Source: Lophium mytilinum (Eukaryota). Taken from it: a stretch of DNA of 64,000 nt. Under the pieces are notes generated by a model. It worked only from the letters and a program-made list of their open reading frames with translations. It was not told the origin of the DNA and ran no database searches. Position 1 is the first letter of the stretch; every line of letters begins with the position of its first letter. The stretch spans positions 914,816 to 978,815 of the forward strand of contig MU004191.1 in NCBI GenBank assembly GCA_010093605.1, written 5' to 3'. Shown here in pieces: positions 52,772-64,000 of this stretch. The position numbers were made by a program, and so were the translations under genes.

Positions 52772-55700
52772 CTAAAACTCTCTCCTTATTTCCTACATCT
52801 ATATAAAGCCTAGGCCTTACTATAGATAACTAGGTATAACTAACTATATTAATACGCCTAGTAGGTAACCCTATAACTCTAATATTCTATAAGGTAAGAA
52901 GGGGGTTAGTTACTAGAACTTTAATAAGATATAGAATACTTAAGGCAATATCTTTAAAAAAGTAGATAAGAAAGTACTATAGGTAGACCTTAACCGCTTA
53001 GCATTACGCATAAAGAACTAATAGAACCGTCTTACTAAGCGGCGTAAGTATATTAGCGAACTACTTAATATAGCTATATTAGAGGCGCTTAATACCTAGA
53101 ACTTCTATACTATTAGTATAGACTTCTAGAATATAGAAAGCCCTATTACCTTTAACCTTCTTCTAGATTTATATAATATTAAGAAGCTTACTATAAAGCT
53201 AGAAGGCACTATATTCTAGAATTTATTTAAGTTCTATTAGTAGGTAAACTCTAAACTACTTAAAGCCTTTAAGCTACTATATACTCTAGTTAAAAGTACT
53301 AACATCTATATTAATAACTATAGCGCCGGCTTAGAGAAATAGAAGAATATATCTATAAACCTCTATAAGCGGTTTAATAGTATAGATAAGGTTATTAGTA
53401 ATTTAAAGATCTAGCTTAATAATTCTAAGCTTAATCTCTAGGCTACTTAGGTGCACGCGTACAACCTCTAGTAATAATAGTTAAAGCCTGCTAAGATATC
53501 TAAAGAACCCGTTTATTTTAATAATAATAAGCGGCGCGACAACAACGTTAACTATTAGTAGATAAATAGCGGGGCCGGAGGATAACCTCTAGGTAGGCCT
53601 AATAACTATAGTTATAATAGTTATAATAATAATAATTATATAGAGCCTAAATATACTTCTTCTACTCTAAATATAAACCTCTATAGCGGCGGCAACTAAA
53701 CCCGCCGCTCTGCCTCTCTATATAATAAACGTTTAGATAACTAATATTATAATAATAGCTACTATAATAGCTATACTCTACTATATACTTAGCCACTATT
53801 ATTAATATCTTACTAGCGCACCTACTGCTAGCCGGACCTAGTTATGTTTAACGGAGAGGACCTAGACGCATACCTAATCTAGCGCAGTAAGGTCCTTACT
53901 AAGATTCGCTATACTTTTTCTAATAAGATAGATAACTATAAGCTTAACTATATTAAGAGCGTTCTATTAGGCGGACTATTTAAGTATATCTAGGTATAGC
54001 GCCGCAATTAAATTATCTATAATAAGACTAACGCCCTCTACTCTCTTAATAATAGCTATAGTAAATATAATATTAAGGCTAAGGCGCTAATATAACTTAA
54101 AACTCTCTATATAGGTAATAACTTATTTATAACCTTTTATAACCGCTTTCTTAATATTATTAGCAACCTTAACTAAAAACTAGCTAAGCTTATCTACTAA
54201 TTTAAAACACGCCTTATACTCTACCTATAATCTAAACTAGTTAATAGCGTAATATATAATTACTTTAATAACTTTATATAATATATTTATACTATAGATA
54301 TATAGAATATAGCCTTCTAGTAGGCTAAGAAGTATAATACTTTTATCTTCTAGCCTTATTAGGCCATAATAACCTCTACAACAACTAATTAATCTACTCG
54401 CGGCCGGGGCCGCGGCTATAGTAGCTACTTATCCACGCCTACTATAGGTACTAATATAATAACTATAACTATAATAACTTCTTTAATAACTACTTTAAGT
54501 ACTCTACGCGCCCCTACTATTATAGCTGCAGCTAGTATAAAATAATACTTACGCGCTATAAATCTAGCGGATAAACTAGTATATATCTAGAGTATTAGTA
54601 AGCTTACTAAAGCTAATAAAGAGAGAACGCGCGTAGCGGGCGCGTATAACTATTACCGCTATATTAGTTACCGCGCTATTAATAATAATTACCCTCTTTA
54701 AAACTTCTCTATCTAGATAACTAGCGGCCTCCCTCTATACGCCACTAATACTATATTTTCCGGCTAGAAAAATAAGTAGTCCTTAAGTATAGTTACGCCT
54801 AAGAACCTATTATAATTAATTATAAATATACCCTATTATCTACTCTATTATTAACCCTATTATCTACCCCTTATTCTATACTAACTTTCTTTAAGTATAG
54901 TAACTTAGTTTCTACTATAGATAACCTTCTAAGTAAGAAGGCCTAGAAATTACGCAAGAGCTATTATAGGGGCACTAAATATAGAACACCTAAAAAGTAT
55001 AGAATAAAAGTAGTAGAACCTCTACTATAATTTAATACGCCCTTCTAGCTATAGAAGGTGCTAGAGTACATTAAAAATAATAAGAACTAGCTAGAACTTT
55101 ATATTTCTACAATAGCTATTACGCGTACTTAGCATAATATTATAAAGCTCTAGCTAAAGAAAGGTAGTTAGTACTTACTTTCTTATTCTATAGCCTTAGA
55201 TAGTAATTAAATTATTTATACTTACTCTCTCTCTAATAATAGTATAATATCTTCTTTTATTAATTAATTATTTACGCGTAAATACAAAATCTATTAAATT
55301 CCCCTTAATTTACCCTAACACCTAATGTATATTAATAATTCTAATTCTACCTAATCTATTATGCACGCGGTAATTATTAATATTACTATAGGCTTCTATG
55401 CGGAGCAGCTAGTCTACTATATTATAGACTTAGGCCATATACCTATAGTCTTTAGAACTAATTAGTATAAAACTTATAATCTAGAGATTAACTTTATTAA
55501 GAAAAGCTTCTACTTTTATTAATTATAATATTATAATCTACACTACTATTATAATAGCGTACTAGCTAAAATATACTATAAAGGAGCTCTATTTTACGCC
55601 GCTAGACCTAATAAGCTTTAGTCCACGTTCTTATTTATAATATCTATTAGTTTAATAGAATACTATATTTAACGCGCTAAGCCTAAAAACCTTATATAGA

Positions 55701-58700
55701 TCTATGGACTAGAGTTTATACCTAAGCTAGACAACTTCTTATTTAATACGCCCGCGATTAGGCACGTTATTAGCGTCCTAGAGAATAACGGGACACTTAA
55801 GCTCTACGCACTATCTATTAATAAATATAATAAATTTATAAAGAAGTATAGAATATATTTATCTAATAAGCTACGGAAATAATTAGATAAATATTTCTAC
55901 CCTTAGATTAATATATAGTTATAATAAGAAGCAGAAAACCTACCTCTATACTATAACTATAACTACGTAATTCTCCTCTAACTAGACGCTCTACTACTAA
56001 AATATAAGACTAGAGCCGTATCTAAGAAAAAGAACTATATTATCTATAATAAACTTTAGAAGCTTCTAGGTAATAGTTTTATTAAGAATAGTAATTCTCC
56101 TACGCATGCACCCGTGCTATTAGTTAAGAAACTAAATAGAACTTATTGCTTCTATATTAATTACCGCGGCCTTAATACTATTACTATAAAGAATTAATAT
56201 CTAATTTCTATTATATAGGAGACGCTTAACTGCCTCTATAAAGCTAAGTAGTATACTAAGCTAGATATTATCTTAGCTTTTAACCGCGTCCGCATTAAAC
56301 CTAGTAATAAATAGAAAACAGCTTTTATTATATAATATAGAATATTCTAATTTAAAGTCTTAGGATTTAGTATATATAATAGCCCCGGCACCTTCTAGAT
56401 ATTTATTAATAACGTCCTCTATAAGTATTTAAATAACTTCTATTTAGCCTATATAAATAATATACTAGTATTTATAGATAGAATAGAAAAAGAATATATT
56501 GCGCATATATAAAAGATACTAGACTAACTATATAAAGCTAGCCTATACCTTAATATTAATAAATGCGAATTCCTTATTAAGCATATTAAATACCTTAGCC
56601 TTATTATTACAACTAAGGGCGTTAAAATAGACTAGGAGAAAGTTAAGGCTATTACTAAATAGGCTACTCCCACCTATCTTAAGAACGTCTAGGCCTTTTT
56701 AGGCTTAGCTAACTTCTATAGGCAATTTATATAGGGCTTCTCGCAACTATATAAGCTACTTACTAACCTCTTATAAAAAGAACTAAATAGGCGCATCCAT
56801 TTTAAATAGATATTAGGTTGCTAGAAAGCTTTTAATAACCTTAAAATAGTGTTTACTACTACACCCTATCTTAAGCACTTTAATCCTAACTAGAAATTAC
56901 GTATTAAAATAGACGCATCTAATTATATCGCCGCAGGCGTATTCTTATAACTCTATAATAATAGAATATAGTATCTAGTTACTTTTTACTCTTATAAGAT
57001 AATACTAGCGGAGTGCAACTATAAGATTTATAATAAAGAGTTACTCGCCGTTATTCTTACCTTTAAGGAATAGAAACTATAATACTAAGGTAATAGATAC
57101 TAAAACTCTATCTAGGTACTAATAGATTACTAAAATCTATTATACTTTATAACTATATAATAGCTTAACTAGTAATAGATGCGCTAGCTATAGATCCTCT
57201 TAGAAATTAATTACGTCCTAATATACTAGCCTAGCCGCCTAGAAACTAAACCGGATAGTCTTACGCGTTGCAGCTAGAACCTTCCGCAATCTAATAATAA
57301 TAAATAATTCCTATTTTAATAATAGACTATAATTAAAATAAAGAACCTTATCTTAAAAGTATTAATAGATCTCTATCTACGCACTATAGGCGTTATAAAC
57401 GCTACTTATACTAGACCCCTCTATAAGCTTATTAAGGAGGTATATAACGCTAATAAAGCTGCGTTCTAGAAAGGCGGCAGTAATCTAGATAATAAGTTAG
57501 ATAACTATCTAGTCCACCGCATTATAGCGCTTAAATAATATAGTAATTAAAAACTTCCGCGCAATATCCTAAAGAATAAGCGCGTCTAGCTATTAATAAG
57601 TAAGCTAGAGGTTACTAATAATAAACTATAGGTTCTCTATAAGGACTCTAGGCAACTATTTATACTATAATCTACTATACTCTAGCTAAGAATCTTATAG
57701 CTAGGCTATAACTATACTAGCGCAGAATATAGGGGCTACGCGGATTATCTATAATAGATTTATTCTAACTACTACTAGCCTAGGTTTACTAAATTAATTA
57801 TAACATATATTAACGCCTATTAGTATTACTATAATATTAAGCTATTTAACTTTACTAAGTAGGGCTTTCTACGCCCCTTACCTATTTCTTTCTATTACTA
57901 GCGTAACGTTACTATAGACTATATAGTTAACTTACCTATCTATAAGCGCTATAGCTGTAAGTACTAATATATACTAGTTATAATTAATAGACTCTTAAAA
58001 GAATATTACTTTTTTACTATTACCTTACTAGAAGTAGATAAGCTTACTAAGGTCTACTTCTAATAGATCTACTAACTCTATAGACTACTAGAGTCTATTA
58101 TAAGTAATCTAGGCACGCAGTTTACTTCTAAGTTCTAGCAACACCTCTATTATTAGTTATAATTGTTGCTTAATACATCCACCGCCTTCCACCCGGAAAT
58201 AGATAGGTAAATAGAAATTACTAACACTAATATAAAGAAGTACCTATAAGCCTATATTAACTATATATAGAATAATTAGTATAACCTATTACTCTCTATA
58301 GAACTAGTAGCTAATACCTATATCTTAGCTATAATAGAACTATTACTATTCTTTACTAATTATAGCTATACTTCTTACTTAGAGCTTAAGCCTCCTACTA
58401 TTAAAGATAAGAAGATATCTAAGAATAAGGAAATTAAACGGGAGCTAGCTAATAATATAGCCTAACGCTTAAAGGATATTAAGGTCTACTTATAGAACCG
58501 CGTTATTTAGACTTAAGAAGAATAAGCTTACTAAGCTAACTGCTACTAAGATACTATAGTAGATATACGCGTTAATAATATAGTCTAGCTTAATACTAAG
58601 AATATTAAGCTTAACCGCGCTAAGAAGGCGCTTAATAATAAGTTTATAGGCCTATTCCGCGTTAATAAGGTTATTAATTAGGGCGCAGCTTTCTAATTAG

Positions 58701-59520
58701 ACCTACCGTCTAATACTAAGATCTATAATATCTTCCACCTATTACTACTATAGCTAGACACTTCTAAACCTATTAAAGGCTAAGATTAGCCGGAACCTAT
58801 ACCACTACTAGAGCTAATCCAGCATAAAGATAATAATAAACCCGTAGAAGAATTTACAGTTACTTAAATTATTAACTTACACGTTAAGAATAATAATATA
58901 TAGTATAAAGTTTACTATATTAGTAGTATATAACTATATAGGTTCTAGTAACTATCTAGAAACCTTAAAGGCTACCTCTATAAAGTCTTTAACTTCTATT
59001 ATTGCAGCCTATAGAAGCCTAAACTGCCCACTTACTTTATTAAACTAAAGAACTAGACTCTACCTATATAGTAGAACCTCTAAAACGTTACTATATTATT
59101 ATAATAGTCTAGTACAACCTAAAATTCTACACCGTTATTAGATAGTAGAATTAATTTAACTAAGAACGCCTACCTATATAATTTTATTAGCACGCTCTAT
59201 TTATATATAGAGCTACGCCTATATTAGCTATCTAATATATAAGTTTAATAGTAAGTCTTTCTATAGTTTTTATAGAAGCTTAGTTTTTAAAAGAGAAGGT
59301 ATATATTATATTATTCCTTAGTATTCTCTTAGTAGTTATTAAGGTTAGAGGTTATTATATGCATGGACGTTACGTAATCTCTAGGCTAAGGATTCTTCTA
59401 GCGCCCGGGGTTCTACCGGCGCGCACATAACTACGTAGCAGGCCCGTAGCCGGAGCCTCTCTTCTTTCTACGCAACCTTATTAATAGAAATATAACTCCT
59501 TTCTAGCTATAAGCCTAATA
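52343..59520 (+). mobile_element. Ty3/gypsy LTR retrotransposon 3, full length, RIP-inactivated
   Basis: 217-bp LTRs at 52343-52559 and 59304-59520; TSD tagag; purine tract before the 3' LTR; RT AY[MDD]ILVF about 56445; [T]DAS[D]YIAAG about 56910; STAFHPE[T]D about 58180. Confidence 0.95.
52732..52771 (+). repeat. (TTAC)n microsatellite in the leader of gypsy element 3
   Basis: Near-perfect cttacttactt... run of about 9 units. Confidence 0.85.
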
Positions 59521-59751
59521 TAGAGCCTCTATTATATAATCTCTAGTTATATATTATATATAATTATATAGCTATAATATATATACTTTATATTAGCTAA
59601 TATATAATAGTAGTAATACTTTTTTTATTATCTATAATAGATTTAGAAAGAGTATTATCTTCTATATATACTTTATTATTTACCTACTATCTAAACTAAG
59701 TATTCTTCTCTTTCTTCTTATTTTTTAGCTTAGAAATTAGAGATTAGTAAA

Positions 59752-60556
59752 GGGCGTTACTAACTCTATACCCTCTTTTAGTTCTAATTACACCCCTTTT
59801 TTACTTTAATTATACCCCCCTTCCGTCTAATTATCTAATTAGCTTAGAGGGGTACTTTAAGGCCCCTAATTTACTTACTTATATTTCTTACTAATTCTAA
59901 ATACTCTCTTTAAACTTTAAATATAGCGTAGCTATAAATAATTACCTTCTTATTTTAATTCTTAATAATATACTTACTATAGCCCTTAAACTACTACTAG
60001 TATAGTTAGCCTTAGCCTTAGATAGCGCTAATATAGCTTAGCTATATAGAGCTTCTATATAAGCTTATATTATATAAGAAGAAAATAGAGAAATATTAAT
60101 TAGAATAGCTAGAGTATATAGTAGTAATATAAGAGGGCTAGGCTTAATATAGAGGGCTAGTAATAAGATAAGAATTTAATAGTTTTAGTATACTTATAGG
60201 TATATAGATATATAGGTAGTAATTTAACAGCCTATATATACTATAGAAAATAGAAAGTATATATAGTAAAATAGGTATACTATAAAGCCTTACTATAACT
60301 ATAGCCTTATATACGGCCTATATATATAGCCTTATTTATAGCCTTATCTATAGTCTTATATGCAGCTAAGTATAGCCTATTAAAAATAGTAAGAATATAT
60401 AATAAAATAGGAAGGCTATATAGCCTTACTATAAAGCGCCGGAGTAGTAATTTAAGCCCTCCGGGCTAATTAGACAATTAGACGGAAGGGGGGTATAATT
60501 AGAGTTAAAAAAGGGTGTAGTTTAAGTAAAAAGAGGGTGCAGAGTTAGTATCGCCC
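59752..60556. mobile_element. Non-autonomous long-TIR DNA element (Mutator/MULE-like or hAT-like MITE), 805 bp
   Basis: About 100-bp TIRs starting gggcg(t/a)tactaactct and containing tataccccccttccgtctaatt; 8-bp TSD ttagtaaa at 59744-59751 and 60557-60564; no coding capacity. Confidence 0.88.
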
Positions 60557-60699
60557 TTAGTAAAGGCGCGTTTATAGAATAATTTATTTATTCTTTACCG
60601 GCACTACTTAAGAATAAATATCTTAGGTTTAACTGCTTAGGAGCAAATATACATATTAAATATAATGTAAGAAATACCTTAGACTCGCGATTAAATATA

Positions 60700-63600
60700 G
60701 TAAATAGCTTAGGTTACTTATTATATATACCTATATAAAGGTAAGAGTAAAATATAGGTAATTTATAGAATAATTAAAAAGAACTAATATATAACGCGGT
60801 TTATTTATATATTTATAACTAAACTACTAATCTAATAACTATATATTAACTATATTAAGAGCTTTAACTTCCTTAGTACGCGTATAGCGCCTAGCTAACT
60901 AGCTAACTACAACCTCCCTCTATAGTAATATTTTCTTCCTCTACTTCTCTATACTTATAATATAGCTAGTTAACTTCCACCTAACTCTATTATAGCTATT
61001 AATGCTATTCTAATAACTATACGCGTTCTAGTAAGGATTAGATTAGAGTAGATAGACCTCTATATTAGGCTCTACCTTAAGTATACTAGTATTAGTAGAT
61101 ATAATACTAAGAAGGCTCTTTATATAGACTTTACGCGGTTCTTAGTATAGAATATATACTATATAGGTATATAATTAGTAATAAGGTTTAAGATAGACTC
61201 TTTATATAACTATAAAAAGAAAGGGTTAGACTAGCTACCTTACTAGAAAATTAGTCTACTGTAAGCTAACTTACCTACTACTACTATTAGCGGCGACTAT
61301 AGTTTAGAATATTATATATTCTATAAATATCCCCGGGCTAAGCTATATTTAGGGTTTTCTCTTATCTATTATATAACGCGTATACCTCTATCTTATTCTT
61401 TTATTCTATTATTATTATTAATATTACCGTTATTATCTATATTACTATTTTCCGGAAAATAACTATATTACTTCCTTCTACTATTTAACTACTATTTATC
61501 TCTCTTAGGTATATTAGTTTAGAATATACTACGCGTTATTATATTAATAGGGCGATAAAATCTAGATAGAGGGGTTTTAGGTCTATTCTTTTAGTAAAGA
61601 AGCTAGGGAATTATATTCTATACCTATAGCGCCTATATCTATACCGTAGTTACATTATAGTAATAAGTAGTACTAAATTAAATTAAGATTTCTATTAGTA
61701 GGCTGCTCTATATCTATAGAATAGGGGGATAGATAATAATTAGTAGACTGCGTGCCCGGGGCAGGTAGAAAGAAGGCTTAGTAATATAGAGAACTAGCCT
61801 ACCTATTAGAAAGAAGAAGCTAAGGCTAGTATATAGAGGTAAGAGGTAGTAATACTAGTAGTAGATTTATATATGCTAGCTTTCTTTCTCTTTAAGTGCT
61901 AAGGCTCTACTATAAATAGTATTATTATTAGTACCGCGTTAGTTTCTACTCTCTTCTTCTAATAGCTAGTAATAATAGACTCTTTATAGATATAATAGTA
62001 AGTTCTTTAAGGCTATATATCTATCTATTTATAGCTAGTAAATATTTATACTATATCCGCCGCTATTAAATATAATCTTAGTCTAAACTCTCTACTTTAT
62101 CTTTCTTCTAGTCTCTACTATCTTTCTTCTCTAGCCTTAATTATCTCTAATAGTCTATTTTTTAGTATAATTATCTCTATTCTTATTATTATAGGTTGAA
62201 AATCATTATTAAATAAGTTAAAAATTATAGGCCTTAGAACTAAGGGTGCTAGTTAGCCTTTAAGTCTACTATTAGCACATTCTTAACTACTATAGTAGAT
62301 AAGCTCCGGGGAGAGGAAAACTCTATTTATAAAGCGCGGGACTTAGCCTCTAAAGTTAAGCTAAGATAATAAAAGAATTCTTAAGCACGTTTTCTAATAT
62401 AGGGAGAACTAGTTAAAATTTCCTTTTTATTCTATTAAGTAGGCTTTTTTTAATTGGCTTCTAGATAAACTAGAACTTACTTAGAACTTTTATTAGAATA
62501 TAGTATTACTAGATAAAGCTAAGCTTAAACGCATATTTAATATATAGGCTAGTCTTAGGGCGGTAGTAATATAGCCTTAACTATAAGTAGAGGTAGGCCC
62601 TATATTAAAAACCCCTTTTATAGTAATATCTTTAGATTAATAGGCCCTTTTTACTATCTTAAAGTCTATAGAAGCGCTAATAATAGATCTATCTTTAGAT
62701 ATCTAACTATTAAGCTTAATATCTCCGGACGGAAAGTAAATTTTTAAACGCTTAAAGTCTCCGGACAGAAAGTAAATTTTTAAACGCTTAAAGTTTCCGG
62801 ATAGAAAGTAAATTCTTAAACGCTTAAAGTCTCTAGATAGAAAGTAAATTTTTAAATACTTAAAGTCTCTAGACGGATAGTAGATTATTAAACGCTTAAT
62901 ATCTCTAGATAGATAGTAGATTTTTAAACGCTTAATATCTCTAGATAGAAAGTAGATTTATAAACGCTTAATATCTTTAAATAGAGAGCTACTTTTTATT
63001 TACTTAATATCTCTAGATAGAAAGCTATTAGTCTTAGCCGCTAGTTAATATTTAGATAAATTTAATAAAGTAGCATTTAATATAACGCATAGAGTAGTAC
63101 TAACTCTACTAAAAATATTACTAATAAAATTTATAGTTAGTATAGTGCTAACTTAAGTTATAGTACTAGGTAATATACTTAAAGGCGTAATAGTAATCGG
63201 CTTAGAATAGAGTAAGTCTAGTAAGAATAAAAATAAATTAGAAAGTAATATTCCCCTTACTAGTATTAGTACCTCTAATAATAAGGAGAGCTTTAATAAT
63301 AGTAGCTTTTAGTTAGATTTTAACATTCCTACTACAGATAGTAATAATAAGTAGTAGCTACTAATAGTAATCTAAGTTCTCTTAATAAAGAGAATAATAG
63401 TAGTAAGAAGTTAGATAACCTCCGCGCTAATTATTAGTCTAGTTAACTTAAGTTCTAGATAAACTCCGCAGTTAATATACTAAGTAAAGCCCGGACCGAG
63501 CCTAAATATAATATAGCTATAATAGTGGCTAAATTTCTTAATATCTAGTAAGAGGGATTGCGGAGATTTACCTTTAAGAACCCTATCCGCTACCGCCTAG

Positions 63601-64000
63601 AAATTAAAGTAGGCTAATAATAACTTAGCCTTAATTTAGTTAAAATTATCTAGCTTATACTATTATAGTATAGTAAAATTTAGATTAACCTTACTTATAT
63701 ACCTAGTAGTCTAGGGTATAATAGTAATACTAACTTTACTAAACTAGGCGCCTAGATTAGTAATAAAATAATAGGGCTCTTATTAGCGTGCTTTCTTAAT
63801 AGAAGAGCTAATAATCTTAATAAAGTATAGCTAGATCTAGCCTCTTATTTCTATAACTTTATAGGTTCTATTTTAAATAATCTAAATAGGTACTTAGTAT
63901 TAGAAGAAGCTTATTATAATAGGTGTAATATTCTAGACTATACTATATATAAAGTTAGAGTCCTAAGATAAGTAGAGCTTAGAGACTTAGAATAAGTTGC
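60700..64000 (-). pseudogene. RIP-destroyed long coding region(s) of unknown family
   Basis: Minus-strand frames read as protein interrupted only by TAA/TAG stops (e.g. ..AVADRVLKGKSPQSLLLDIKKFSH.. at about 63600-63520); contains a 36-bp in-frame repeat; no TE motif recognised. Confidence 0.5.
62690..63025. repeat. 36-bp tandem repeat, about 9 copies
   Basis: Unit ttaa(a/t)(g/a)tctccggacagaaagta(a/g)atttttaaacgc, directly abutting with no spacers. Confidence 0.9.

Larger units (their letters stand above)
42200..64000. other. RIP-mutated AT-rich repeat island 2 (runs off the window)
   Basis: TpA-rich, CpA/TpG-poor, with nested elements; AT content rises gradually over about 41.7-42.5 kb. Confidence 0.95.

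Noticed and set aside
62690..63025. 36-bp repeats as a CRISPR array
   Set aside because: Units abut with no unique spacers, there are no cas genes, and the DNA is eukaryotic

Overview
Eukaryotic DNA from a filamentous ascomycete (Pezizomycotina, probably a Dothideomycete; inferred from GT..CTAAC/CTGAC..YAG introns, gene content and RIP). Two GC-balanced gene blocks (1-18.5 kb and 28.5-41.6 kb) alternate with two AT-rich, TpA-enriched blocks typical of repeat-induced point mutation (about 18.6-28.5 kb and 42.2-64 kb). Gene block 1 holds a LisH Som1/Flo8-type regulator, BET3, a U5 snRNP 40K WD40 gene, a small membrane protein, and a head-to-tail array of five diverged BTB/POZ paralogues. The five share one intron position, an N-terminal MP..CxH motif and an invariant C-terminal DRCx(Y/F/W)HDHSGPGGxLR motif; this is the best candidate for an undescribed system. 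Gene block 2 holds CSN7, two uncharacterised genes, an Artemis/SNM1 beta-CASP nuclease and a D-lactate dehydrogenase. The RIP blocks contain a Tc1/mariner transposase interrupted by an unRIPped solo LTR and a full Ty3/gypsy element, two more full Ty3/gypsy elements (all three with exact TSDs and Tf1-like self-priming sites), an 805-bp long-TIR element, and RIP-destroyed non-TE-like genes that may be cargo of a larger repeated element. All calls are by manual reading; no searches were run.
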